Shown here in pieces: positions 13,007 to 33,174 of a DNA stretch of 64,000 nucleotides. Below the pieces are notes generated by a model that worked only from the letters and a program-made list of their open reading frames with translations, had not been told where the DNA came from and ran no database searches. The stretch comes from the human T2T-CHM13v2.0 reference genome, Homo sapiens, in the NCBI RefSeq assembly GCF_009914755.1, contig NC_060943.1. One strand, 5' to 3'. Both the position numbers and the translations under genes were made by a program. The stretch's first letter is position 1. The number at the start of each line of letters is the position of its first letter.

Positions 13007-13305
13007 GGCCGGGTGCGGTGGCTCACACCTGTAATCACAGCACTTTTGGAGGCCAAGGTGGGTGGATCACTGGAGGTCAGGAGTTGGAGATCAGCCTGGC
13101 CAACATGGTGAAATCCCGCCTCTACTGAAAATACAAAAATTAGCCAGGCGTGGTGGTGTGTGATGGTAGTCCCAGCTACTCCACAGGCTGAGAAAGGAGA
13201 CTCACTTGAACCCAGGAGGCACAGGTTGGAGTGAGCTGAGATCGTGCCACTGCACTCCAGCCTAGGAGACAGAGAGAGACTCTGTCTCAAAAAAAAAAAA
13301 AAAAA
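13007..13305 (+). mobile_element. AluS element within L1 ORF2 fragments (~12710-13430)
   Basis: Dimeric Alu with poly(A). Confidence 0.93.
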
Positions 13306-16129
13306 GAAATTAAAAAAATAAAATAGAAATAGAATAATATATCCTTAATCTAACAAAGCATCTACCAAAAATTCCTAAATTAAACTTCCTATTTAATGGT
13401 GAAATATCAAAAGCTATCCTTTTGAATCCGGATGAAGCGTATCCAGAAAAGAAGGAAAGAATAGGGCAAGGAGGAAGAGACAGGAGAGGACAGCGGGGAA
13501 AAGGAGGGAGTGTGAGCTGCACCCGTGTAACCTGCCTGCCCCAGCTCCTCCACAGCCAGGCTGTCCTCCCCACCCACCCCGCCCCTCCACCATGGTTCTC
13601 TCTGCTATGGGACCACTCCCCGCTCAGCAGGCTCTCGAGCTCCAGCCCCTCTCCAGGAAATCTCATCTCCCAAAACTCTGCCCAGAACTCTAAAGTGAAG
13701 CCAGAGTTGAGGGAGCTCCTCCTCCAGTGTCAACCTGGCTCCCACCTCCCAGTGTGGGAGAAAAGCAAAGCGGGTGAGCTGGGAGGAGTGCAGGCTTTGG
13801 GGACAGGCCATTCTCCAGGTGTCAGCCTGGCCGCAGGGCCAATGGTGCCTGGCAGAGAACCACAGGGCTCAGTAAGCAGAGGCCACGCAAGCCCTAAGGT
13901 CAGATTTGAGTAGGAGCCAGTGTGGCCAGGTGGGCAGGGGCCCTGGTTGAGGTGACCAGAAATCCCATCAGCACCACTGGGTCTCTTAGAAGATACTCAA
14001 GTTCCCAAAACAACTGGGGGTTAGAGGCAGGGGATTAGTCAGACCTCACCTTGGACAGCAGCCCCAGCCCTGTCTCAGCCCCAGGGACACCAGGGCATGG
14101 GGCTGTCACAAGGAAGCTGGCTGAAGGCCAGGTGCCTGTGCCTTGACTGAGGGACACGGCTCAGGTCAGTTTGCTCCATGACTCCTGGGACCCTACAGAC
14201 CCCACTCCGTGTTCTCCTGCAGCCCAGTGCACAGCACGCTGCTCTGCTGTGCCAGGTTGTGTTGTGTTGAGTTGTGCTGTGTCATGTGCTGTGTCACTGT
14301 TCCTGCAGACTCCCTGTCCGGGAGCTCTAGGGCCCTGACCTCTAAGAAGCCCCAGCCCCGAGCCAGCCTCAGGCAAGGTCTGCATCCCTGCTGCCTCCGC
14401 TTCCCTGGCTCAGCCTTGAAGCTCCCGCTGACCCCTCTGCCACTCACCAACCACCCATCACCCCCTACTTAGAGGCCAGGAAGCAGCAGGGGCCGTTTCC
14501 CCCTTCTCTTCACCCTTTCTCTCTTCCCTCCATTCTCCAGGACATACAACTCCAACAGAAACCAGAAATCCTGCAAATGCCCTGACCCACCCACCAACCC
14601 CAGGGCACCTCCTGCCCAGGTATTTGGCACAGGGGATGCCCTCACACCGACCCCATCATGTGCCCTCGTGGCCCCGAGGCTGTAGCATGGGATGCCTGTC
14701 TGGCCCTGGACCTGCCCTGGGCCCTGCCCTCTGCCACCGCTCACAGGACAAACCCAAACAATTGCTGTCCTCCCTCTGAAATGGTGGTCATGGGGGTGCA
14801 GGGAAGGCCTCACGTCCCTCCTGTGCCCAGGCCCCTCACCCCAACACTCTGGCTGGCTGCATCTGCTGCCCAGAGCCCTTGGTCACCAGGCGTGCAGCCT
14901 GGACCATGCTGATGGCAAGGGAGGCCCTTCCTAAGCCTAGAGGTGGTCTAAACCTTCATGGAACTGCTGGTCAGTGCCAGCCAGAGTCCCAGGTGACGCT
15001 GAGATAGCTCAAAGTGGTGCATGGGAGATGTCTGATATCAACCCTCTCCTGGAGGTAGATGATGTCTCCAGCCTGGTGACTTCCCTGGCCTCCAGCCACC
15101 ACCACCCCCAGTGTCCCCAAGGCTGAAGGTGCAAGCTTGCCCTGGCCCTGGTCCTGGCATAGAAAGTGCACGATCTGGTCATGTCATGCAGGTGAGGATA
15201 CTTGTGTGCCAGGTAACCTCAGGCAGGCATGGTGGCGCTTGTGGGGCAATCCTGTAACCTGCAGTGTGGTGGGTGGGATGGGTGTGTGTGACACAGGCAG
15301 GAACTACTCCTGATGGCAGTTGACGACCCACATGTGTACTGGGTGGGTGCCAATGGGAGTAGCAGGTGAGTGGCTGAGCACAGGCAGGTGAATGAGTGAC
15401 AGCTACACAAACCCCACCACTGAGCACGTCCCTCCCAGGGCAAAGCAGATCAGATCACAGGCCCAGCCCTGGGAGGCCCAGAGGAGCCTCAGGTCCTCAG
15501 GAAGGCTCCTGGCCCTCTTCGCCCTAGGAGGACCCCCCCCCGCCCCAAGCCGGCTCCACCTGTAGCTGTGGGCGTGGGAGGGAGACAGAGCGCTCTGGCG
15601 GCCAGAGAAGGAAGGAAGATGGAGGGAGGGCGGACTTCTGCTCCCTGACGCTGCTGCTAGGCCCCCTGCGGCCCTCCTGGAGCCCACACCTTTCAGCTGC
15701 AGTCTCCCAGCCTTCGTCCCCAGGACGAAGCCCACTAAGCCAGTGCTTTTCCACTGCAGCTGGCTGTTCCGCTTGGGGAGGGTTCCCAGATTGTGCAAAG
15801 TGAGGAAGGGTCCCCTGTCCCTGCCCCGCAGGGCCCCCACTCCAGGCCTCCCCCATCTCTCCCTGTCTCTCTCAGAGGTAGAGGCAGCATTAAATTAAAA
15901 TTTAATTAAAATATTAAAAATAAAGTAAAAAATTCAAATATACAACAGTAGACTGTCTGGCTTGCATACAAAGAAGGCCATTGCCCCTTTGGGTGAGCCG
16001 GGCAAGGTCAGGGTCTAAGAAGCGCCTCTGGTGAGAAGCGGTTGTCAGGCTCTGATGGCTGCGGGAGGAGTGACTCCTCCCAGGATGAGGGTCTGTGTCC
16101 TCTCAGTGCTCACTCAAGTTCCGTATTTC

Positions 16130-17200
16130 CAAGTCCTTCCAGGGGACGTAACGCACGTGAGAACTGCCATTTCTGTCACAGATACGTGGCCGCATGCATT
16201 TCCAGGAAATGTCCTTGGTTCGCGAACTACAGCTGGCACAATCCAGCCCAGGGCGTTCTGTGAGCTGTAGTCTCCAGCAAGTGAATTCCAAAAAAACCTC
16301 AAAGACCTCAAAGACCATACAGGGTGGACAGCGTAGTAGCAGGGTTTGGGAAGAGAGGAGCTCTTTTGCTAGCAAAGGCGAGAGCTCGCCTGGTACAAGG
16401 TCTGCCCACGTCCCGGGAGATAAACATTAGTGTGAGCGCACGCTAGACCCAGAAGAGTTTGCCACGGCCGCACGGTTTTCTGGGAAGTGTAGTTTCTTGG
16501 TCCCGGCGCCATTGTCCTTAAAAGTAGAGGGTGGCCCTTGGTTCCGAGGTGTATCTTTCACCTCATCAGTATGACTATATGCCCCAGGACACTTCCCGCA
16601 TGGTCCTAACTGCCGGGCTCTGGGACGACAGCCCCAGGCGGTTTAGTTTTTTAGGAAACCGAGATCTGTTTGCCCGCGGCGCCCCAGGTCCGCGCGGCCG
16701 CAGAGACTCCTGGGAAGTGTGGTCTTCCGGTACCTGCGGTTCGTTGCGCCTGGAATTTTGTCCCCTGCGCGGATGATTCTGGGAAATGTCGATCGGCTGT
16801 GGGCGGCGCACTGGGTCCGCCCCGCTGTAGCCTCAGGCCTGACGGCGACTCCCAGGCTCCGGGACGATTCTGGGCAGTGTCGTCCCCAGAGGTCGGCGGC
16901 CGTTGCCCGCTCACCAGCGACGCGGGGCGCCTGCGGGGACGGTGAGGCCCTGCTGAGGACTCCGGCCAGTATGAGTCCCGGGGGCGGCGGCGGGGCTCAG
17001 GCCCTGGGTCTGCCCCGCGGTGTGACCCCGGCCGGTGCCTTGGTTTTCCTGGCCTTCATGTCCTCCTATGTAAACGCGGGGTGATGACGGCGCCGACCTC
17101 TTGGCGCTGTTGTGAGAGTGAAGTGGGCGCGTGGTTAGACGCCAGCCACAGTTGTCTTTGGGTTATGTCGTCATGAAGCCGGCGCTCTACAGTTGTGTAA
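16130..17200 (+). promoter_or_regulatory. ZNF181: CpG island promoter and non-coding first exon of ZNF181
   Basis: High CpG density; ZNF143/THAP11-type motif CTGGGAAGTGTAGT 16480-16493 and variants; candidate donor G|GTGAGG at 16941/16942; TSS not determinable from sequence. Confidence 0.8.
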
Positions 17201-17618
17201 CCTTGAACAAATGGGTTCAGTATCTTGGAATTTCAGTTTTGTCATCGTTTAAAAAATAGATCTGGAAAAATGTGAACGCACACCGTGCATAGTGGTGAAG
17301 ACTGAACGAGCTGATAAAGTTTTTACCATTGTTTTATGAGGATTTTATTTACAGAGTAATTGATTTTCCTCGCAGGTGGCACCTGGTAAATGGTTAGCCC
17401 TTGCGGAGAAACACCCTGTTAGTTCCCAGGGAGAGATTGGCGCCCTGGAGAGTGATTACCAGTGTGCCTTTCCATTATGGTGTGTCACAGGTGCCGCAAG
17501 ATAAGCCTGATTTTTCATGACTGCTTTTTCCTGCCCTTCTGTGCCCTCAGGACACTGCCCATCTCTAAGATAAGAGCCTGGAAAGAGGACTCTGTTGGCT
17601 GTTGGAAATTGCAGAGTA

Positions 17619-24679
<7,061 letters not shown>

Positions 24680-25240
24680 AGCAGTGGTTATCATGGTAAA
24701 TTTCCTAGATTCTCCCTTATTTAACATTAGAAAAATTTATACTGGGGAAAGTCTTATGAATGTGGTGAATATAGGAAGACCTTTTAGCAAAGATGCAGGC
24801 CAGTTTGTTTATTAGACTTTATACTGTAGAGAAATCATATGAAGACCATAAATGTGGGAAAGCCTTTGTCAGTACTAATCCCTTAATTGACATAAGTATA
24901 CTCACACTAGGATAAAACCCTGTACATGTAGCAAATGTGGGAAAGACTATAGACAATAGGAATCTTTTACAAACTCCTACAGGAGAGAAGCTGTATGAAT
25001 GTAGAAAATTTAGAAATTGAGGGAAGTCTTCAGTTCCAAGTATATCCCTTATTCTACAGCAGAGAACTCAAAATGGAGAGAAATCTCATTTAAGAGATGT
25101 AGCAAAGTGTTCACTAAGAGTGTTTATCTTGGTACACATCAGAAGATTAATGGTAGAACAACCTGAAGGATTTAGGAGTTATGTGTAAATCTTTGCAGTC
25201 ATGCTATTTGTAAACTGGATTCTACAGGAGAGCAAATAAA
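24680..25240 (+). pseudogene. Decayed zinc-finger repeats in ZNF181 3'UTR
   Basis: Recurring ACTGGGGAAAG/ACAGGAGAGAAG linker-like and AAATGTGGGAAAG motifs with stops and frameshifts. Confidence 0.8.
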
Positions 25241-26960
25241 CATTATAATAAAATATGCATTTCTTAGAGCAGTAGCTTGCAGTTTCAGTTGAGTTCTACT
25301 TAGAAATTCTTTTTAGCTAGTGGGCATGTGAAGATATTTAGTCACCCAGAGGAGCCAGTAAGTGTTATAATATTGAAAATTAAAGCTGCAAAAGAAATAA
25401 AGTGATGTTAATAAAAGTTTTGGCATCTAATAAAATCATTTTGTATATCACAAACTCTTTCACTGTGACTATTTCCTGTAAAAAAAATTTCACTAAGATT
25501 AGCCTTAGCGTAGCCTTTAGTGGGAGACTAGCAAACCTAGAGAAAAATGACCTGCTCTTTATACTAAGAATAGCAGTATTTTGATGAGGATTATTCAGAG
25601 TCAATTTCCAGTAGGCTTAATCAAATACATTTCAAAAAAATTTACTGAGCATCACTCGTGTATTATTACACAGCGATGGGATATAGGAATCCAGTAGTTC
25701 TGAGCTTTAGTGGTGTGTCAAAGTCAGTAGGAGGGCTTGTTAAAGCACAGATTGCTAAGTCTGAATCTTAGGGTTTCTGTATGAGTTGATTTGAATTTGC
25801 ATTTTTCATGCGTTCTTAGGCGACACACTGTCCAGAAAGCACATTTTGATAACCATTGTAATAATGAACAAAACAAATCTGATCTTTTTCTCGCAGGGAT
25901 GTTATCTGACAAGAAAGATGGATAGCAAATAAATTTGAAATAATGGTTTACAAGTGCTATGAGGACATAACCAAGAAACAACATACTACAAGAGATCAGA
26001 GCAGGCTTAGCGAGATGTGATTTTTGAAATGAATCCTAAATGATGAACACTAATTATGTAATGAGTACTACTCATGTAGCCATGTGCATCCCTGCATGTG
26101 CCTGTGCGTGTGTGTATGCGGTGTGCTGGGTGTTAATCTAGGTAAAGCAGACAGTCGAGTTCTGTCATACTTGCTGCAGCTGGATTCCACGTTCCCATGT
26201 CTAGTTTCAGATTCTGTGGCTTTGAGGTAGTGCTGCTGGCAGCATCATTGCAGCAACCGTCATTTCTCTATCCCTGAGTCATAGTTACGGGAGTTTACCT
26301 TGAAATCACTAGCCCAGAAGTGTTCTCATTACTTTTACAGCCCACCTACCAATTTTGAAAGCACTAATTTGCAGCAATATATGTCTTGAAATAGTTAAGA
26401 GAGATTTTGTTCTCTGCACTGAACCTTGACAGATAATTATGTTTTGTAAGGAGGCAGGATGGCTTCAAATATTCTAAGTTCTAGATAAGAAATGGAACAG
26501 TCTCACTGGCCCTGTGATTAGAATCCTATCTTGTGATTAGAAAGGTAATGCAGATCAATTTGATTTGGAGTGTATGGACACTGATGCAAGTGAAGGGGTG
26601 TGATATGGATTATGCTTCAGATTTTGTTCTTTATCTCAGGTGAGAGTAGTAAGATATGTTATTTTAAAAAGGAACATTATGTTATAGTTATGATAATTCT
26701 GGTGTGGAATGAGTGATAAGGTTTCTGACTTTCAACAAAATGTATCTCCTCTGATATATGTGCTACCTTAACAGAAAGCCAAAGCACAGAGGCATATTCC
26801 AATAGCAATTTGCAAGAGACAGTAGGTTTGGAATGGGGTGGTAAACTTTTACTATTTTGCAGGGATTTTATCTTTCATTTGATTTATTTTTAATCATGAA
26901 ATTTATATTGAAATTCTGTGAAACATTGAAGGATCTTTGGAAGATTTATAATTAGGGAAG

Positions 26961-27257
26961 GGCCAGGTGTAGTGGCTAATGTCTGTACTCCCAGCACTTT
27001 GGGAGACCGAGGCAGGAGGATTGCTTGAGGCCAGGAGTTTGAGACCAGCCTGGGCAATATAGCAAAACTCATTAGTCTGTTAAAAAAAAAAATTACCCAG
27101 GTGTAGGCACACATCTGCAGTCCTAGCTATTCAGGAGGCTGAGTGGGGAGGGATTGCTTGAGTACAGGAGTTTTAAGGTCACAGTGAGCTATCATCACAC
27201 CACTGCTTTCCAGCCTGGACAGCAGAACACCACCCTGTCTCCAAAGTAAATAAATAC
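26961..27257 (+). mobile_element. AluJ element
   Basis: Dimeric Alu with GGATTGCTTGAG; TSD AATTAGGGAAG/AATTAAGGAAG. Confidence 0.9.
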
Positions 27258-27814
27258 AATTAAGGAAGCATGATGTGGTATCAGACAGTTGCAAGTATGG
27301 ATAGACTGGCTACCACATATATACTTATGGGATAATGAGAGTAGCTTTCTTTTCTCTCATTCTGTGTCCTTTCTCTGCTCTCCCAAGCAACTGGTACCAC
27401 AGAGATGAAGTAGTCCTATAATGCCCAGATTTTGTTTCCACTACACATAGTTTAATGCTACCATGTCACTTTGTTATGAGAGGATTCATCGAAATACCTG
27501 TGCTTTGTCATTTAAAAAGCATGGGCATACACATGATAATGCTTTACGTTTCTGGATTTAAAGTGCCTTCACAATACAGAACTAGGAAAAAGAAGGCCAT
27601 CTTTTTAAATGAAGATAGTTTTAAGAGAGCAATAAGAGACTATTACTTTGTTATGATAGAAGGTTGGGCTGATGTCATAATGATGTTATGATGTCACTGA
27701 CATCATATTATTTCCTCAGTCATACCTATTAACCATTTCTTGAGCATCCACTATGGGCTTAATAGATAAGAAACACTCCATACCCTTTAAGAGCCCTGAG
27801 GTGTGTGTGTGTGA

Positions 27815-28060
27815 ACAGCATTAAACTTTGGAGTCATGTTACCTGGGTTTAAATCCAAGTTGCATGAATACTGGCTTTGTGTGACCTTGGACAAACTATT
27901 TCACTGTGTCTTGCCTCAGTTTCTCCATCTGTAAAATGGTAATAAAGCTATCTCACAGCATTATTATGAAGATTAAATGCATTAATTGGTGTAAAGTGTT
28001 TACAACAATCCCTGGCCTCTCAATAGCATTCAATAAGTATTAGCTATTGATTACATCATC
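27815..28060 (+). mobile_element. MIR
   Basis: Core GTGTGACCTTGGACAAA...CCTCAGTTTCTCCATCTGTAAAATGG. Confidence 0.8.
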
Positions 28061-29436
28061 ATTGTCTTCTCATGGTTGCTTCATCATTCTGGTCTCAAAG
28101 GTCACATCTAATCACTTGTCACTCCCATGTGTTTACTGTTTAACATTTTTAGAGGAGAGCTCTTACAAAACCCCCCGATTAACTTCCAACAAATTCTTGA
28201 GTATCTGAGCCATTTTGAGGGAGGGAATGTTTCTTGCCCTAAATAATCTGAGGAGAAACAAAGAGACCAGGTAGGAGATGAGATGGGAACCTAGCAGGTC
28301 TATGGGAAGGAAGGAGGGTGCCCTACAGATTTGGAAAACGGGCCGAGTGAAGGAGGCATCAGGCTTCCACATGAAGGAAAGGGGAGGCTCTACCCAGAGA
28401 CCAGAAGCCTACAGGTCTTCATCATCATCTCTGAATACAGAGTCCTGTGGGCTGGGTGCCACTGCTTTCACTCTTCCTAAATGGAGGTTAGAGCCTGTCA
28501 TTGAAGGTCACTGATGCCTGGAAAGTCAAACAGTTTCCTTGTTAGCCTTGGGCCAGTCAGATGTGATTAGAGCTCAGTTGTTGGTAAACATCTAGAAAGA
28601 AGCAAGGCACATATCACTGAGCACTTCCTGGGAACTTATTTTTTTGCTGCTGAGGGGGAGTCAGTCTTTAAACAAATTGCAATTGTGTTAGAGAAAAAAG
28701 CTTTATATGCAAAAGTAATTGATGCAAGATACAAGACAATGACAAGGCCATATGGCCCAAGAGGTGCAGAGTGTAAGCACTCTGGCATCAAAGATAAATA
28801 GGGAAAAACTATAATCATAATACAATACTGTTAATAGCAGCAGCAACTGGGCCTTGTGTTTGCACTGTGTGCTGCATTGAGACAATTAAATGTTCTATGC
28901 TCTGGATCCAAATTCCTAGGTGTGAATTCAGCCTATTGGGACTGTCGCTTGCTTACTCTATAAACTTGGTGAAGTCACTTCATTTCCCAATTTTTCCATC
29001 AAAACAAAAACAATTCCCATCTTACCAGCTGGTTGTAAGAATTAAAAGATTTATAAAGCAAGCAACAAAGTGCCTCTGCATGGAAGTTTGTTGCCGTGTT
29101 TTTCCTGCTTTTAATAATCTTCCCACATACTGTAAGGTAAATGCCATAATCATCTTCATGCTAGTGACCTGAGTCTCTCTCAGAGTCACACATCTTAGGA
29201 ATATAGGCTACATTTGAACATTCAGTAAAAGACCACACAATATTGCCCTCCTAGGACAGATCTCAGAAGACTGGGGTTTCTCTTGGCAACCATACAGGCT
29301 CTCTTGGCCTCCCTGAACAAAAAAATGTCTCCTTTGGCCATGCTGTTCCTTCTGCCTAGAATGTGTCCCATACCCCATTTATTACCACGCTTACCTGCCG
29401 AGGGAGTCCTGCCTACCTTGCAAAGCTCACTAGGTG

Positions 29437-29938
29437 TGTCAAAGATGAACAAAGCTGGACATTTATGACAGTGGGGAGAACGGACTTTAATTGGTAATAA
29501 CTATTGCAATGGGGAAAGGAATTTGGCATGAACTGAACCCAGCTTTGATTTGTACAGAGGTGAATGAGTATGTTAAAGGAAGGGTGAGGAAATAGGGAGG
29601 GGGTGGAGAAGAGGGGCTCAGTAGAGTCAGAAAAGTGAAAAATTACAAAACACAGGAAGGGAGGGGGCTGGTCTATGTGCAGTCTATCTGGGTTTGCTAC
29701 TGGCACTTGAATTAGGATCCTATCCTCCCACAGAGACTGTGAGACAGGGGTCTTATCTTCAGGTGTTGGCTGGAAGAAATTCTTTGGACAGCCTTGAGTT
29801 TTTCAGGCCAGCACTTTAAAAGTTATTAGAAAGTGTTAGTGTTGTTCAAGTCTTAATAGGCAAAAGTTGACAGGCCTATTAAAGAAGGCTCAGAGGGGCC
29901 TAGCTAGAGTTTGGTGAAAGAAAGAGAAATCTTTGTCA
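29437..29938 (-). mobile_element. ERV1 solo LTR (MER67/MER31-like)
   Basis: Minus strand starts TGACAAAGATTTCTCT...CCAAACTCTAG and ends TGACA; flanks GGTG/GGTA. Confidence 0.7.
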
Positions 29939-31549
29939 GGTATCACCTCAGGCTTCCCCAGCCCACTGAGGAGGAATGGTGGTGAAGAAGAAGAAAGAAC
30001 AAAGGCTCAAGGGCTCAACATACAGGATGTGAGTTTCCGCCAAGAGTTGTGTGACCCTGAGAAGATAACTTAAGTTTTCCAAACCTCAGGTTCCTTTTCT
30101 GTAAAGCAGGAATAATAGAACCTAACTCTGAGGAAATTGGGATTAAATGAAGTGCTACATAACAAGTTACCCTCAGAACTCAATAAATGTAGTTATTATT
30201 GTTACTTAGCCTCTTTGCTTCCACACCACCCTGGAAAACCGAACCAAGTCCTGATCTCTACTTTTGTAAGTGTGCCACATTCTCTGCACAAAGATTCCAG
30301 AAGATGAGAAATACTTAATCTAGAGCTAGCAAGGCCAAAGGGAAAAAAAAAAAAGACTCTCCTAGTAGGTGACATTGACATTGGTGCAGAACAGGGAAGG
30401 ATGCAAAGGAGGAGAGGAGAGGGAGAGGCACTGCAGAGATCTGGACTCAGTGTCCCAGGCAGAGAGAAACACTGGGAAGTGGGAAAGAGCTTAGAACGAT
30501 CAGGACAGCTTGGCAGGAGAGCAGTGAGCAAAGGAAGATGGAGTAGAGGGCAGATTTATAGGCCTAAGGATGTATCTCCCTAGAAATAGCATCCAGAGGG
30601 ATGTTCCTTGCACAGTGCTGGGCACTGGGAACACACATCACACATTAGCCATCTCTGATACTCTCATCTAGAAAGAATGATGGTTAATATTTCCCCTTTA
30701 AGCCTTCCTTGAGGAAAATGGAGGTGAAGGATAGCAAGATAGCTTGCACAAGGCCACAGCCCTGAGATAGGGTACAGCATGATCCAAACATGTCTCTGGA
30801 TTCTGCAGGCCATGCCTCTCCCAAGGATCTGCACATGCCACTGTACATGAATGGGGGATACTAAGAAGTTATAGTTCATACTTCCCCACCACATACCACC
30901 AATTGCCAAGAAAGAGGAACTTTCTTTTGTAATACTTGATTTAATTCTAGGACTCTGGACTGAGAGTGACCCTATCAGCAGGAAGAGAAGGCCTGAAGAA
31001 TCCCAGGATGCCACGATCCTCCATGTCAGCATGCCACAGCCATGTGGTTGAGAGTCCAAGAATGTGAGACTAGTTAACACACCTGTGCTAGGAGGGAGGC
31101 GACTGTATCAGTACTTCACTCAGCTGAACTCTCTCCCAGGCCCTACAAAGGTGTCTAGATGAGTCCTATCCTCCTTACTGGCCTTCCTAGCTTGGTCCCA
31201 AAGAGTCACCTGCTCCCCCTGGGTGGTGTGGTCAGACAGGTCATGTGACAAATGAAAGTCCACTGTAGCAGTGCCAATAGTGCAGGCCACAATAATGCAG
31301 GCTGCAGGAAACACTCCTGTCCTAGGCTCTCATTTGGGCATATGAAGCACATCCTTCTAGGTAATGTAGCTCTTCATATTCTTCGAGGCAATGGCTAAGT
31401 AGCACCCAGAGGGCCACTAGGAATGAGCATCAAAAGACTCTTATGAAGAGAGTGGTCCTTCATTTCTTAAAGGTGAGTACCCAGTTTTCCATATTTTACT
31501 GCCTGCAACAGATCACATAAATATTTAGAGACATATTATTTCAGATACT

Positions 31550-33093
31550 ATAAAATACTACAAAACCAAATATGTGGAGTATGATTTCAGGGAAAATGAC
31601 CAAATAGGAAGTGCCACGAATCTGCCACTGTACCTGAAAAACTATTCTGGCATCTTTCTGAAGTAACTATGTTGGAACTCCAGAGTTTACCTGAATGCTT
31701 GTAATTTCCAGCTTGCCTAATAAATTACAATTTGTGTTGATTGCAGCCATCAGAGTGGTATTGGCTACACATTCCTCACTCCCAGCTCCATGGCAAGCAG
31801 CTTTGGGGATGGGAATGTCATTCTGGTGCATATTTCTGGAGCCAGGGTGGGCAATAAGTCCCTTATCCCACAGATACTGAGGTTTTGTGTTCTGACTGTG
31901 GATTGGTGCTTCTGATCTTGTGGGCTTGTAGGCTAGTCATCATTGTTTCAACCCCCACTGGATGAAGTGTCTTTTCACAGATATAAAAGAATTGCACCTA
32001 TTTTTTTGTTTGTCTTCAAAAACAACTACATATACGGAAGAATTCAGAAAGCCACCTCACATGCCCATGGAAAGATGCAAGCACTGAAAAGACCTTCTTC
32101 AGTTTTCACTTTAGGCTGATCTCTGGCACATAATTATCCCATAATAATGAAAACAGAGGCAAAAATGCAGCAAATCCAGGGAAAGGTGGCGGGAAATATG
32201 ATTTCCAGAGTTACCACATGGTAAGATTCAAATGCCCAGTCTTCTACAACAACAAAAACCTGAAGGCATGCCAAAAAAACATAAAAGTATGGCCCAATTA
32301 AAGGAACAAAATGAATGGAGGGAAAACATACTTGAGGAAACCCAGATGTCAGTCTCGCCAGAAAAAGACAACTGTCTTAAAGATGCTTAAAAAGCTAAAG
32401 ACATGAACAAAGGAAAAAGATGTATGAGCAAAATGAGGATAGAAATAAAGAGATAAAATGATTTCTAAAAAGAACAAAAAACATTCTAGATCAAAATTTA
32501 CAGTAATGGAAACAAAATATGAATACAATAAAGGGATTCAGAAGACATGCAATCAGAGGAGAGATTCAGCAAACTTAAAAACAGGAAAATACAAATTATC
32601 AATATAAAAAAGAATGAGGATTGGAACTTTAGCACAACAACAATTTGGGAATCCCTGAAGGGGAAAAGAAAGAAAGGGGCAGAGAAAAATACTTGAAGAC
32701 ATAATGGCTGAAAAATCTCCAAATTTGATGAAAGATATGAATTTGCCAACCCAGCAAGAGTTCACCATGAATGAACTCTAAGCAGGAGAATTGTGAAGAG
32801 ACCCACACTGAGACACATAATCAAATGTCAAAAGCCAAAGACAGATAATCTTGAAAATAGGAAGAGAGAAGCAACTCCTCTCATATAGGGGATCCTCAAG
32901 ACTATTAGCCAGTGTCTCATCAGAAACCTTGGAAGCTAGAAGGAAGTGGGTCAATAAACGTAAAGGGTGAAGAAAAAAAGCTGTCAATAGAGAATTTTAT
33001 ATTCAGCAAAATGTTCTTGAAAAATTATGGAGAAATTCACATATTCCCAGATAAACAAAAGTGGAGGGAGTTGATTATCACTAGACCTGCTCT

Positions 33094-33130
<37 letters not shown>

Positions 33131-33170
33131 TAAAGGAGGTCTATCAGGTTGAAATTAAAAGAAGCTAAAA
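31550..33170 (+). mobile_element. Old L1M 5' region and ORF1 remnant
   Basis: ORF1-like motifs GAAGACATAATGGCTGAAAAATCTCCAAATTTGATGAAAG and TTCCCAGATAAACAAAAG; continues as ORF2 5' sequence at ~36340-37560. Confidence 0.75.
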
Positions 33171-33174
33171 TGTA

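Noticed and set aside
13310-15856. Many overlapping 60-160 aa ORFs in the GC-rich block
   Set aside because: No recognisable domain; long frames on both strands are expected at high GC
17376-17385. Possible 10-nt 5'UTR micro-exon (CGCAG|GTGGCACCTG|GTAAAT)
   Set aside because: Splice-like motifs alone are insufficient without transcript data
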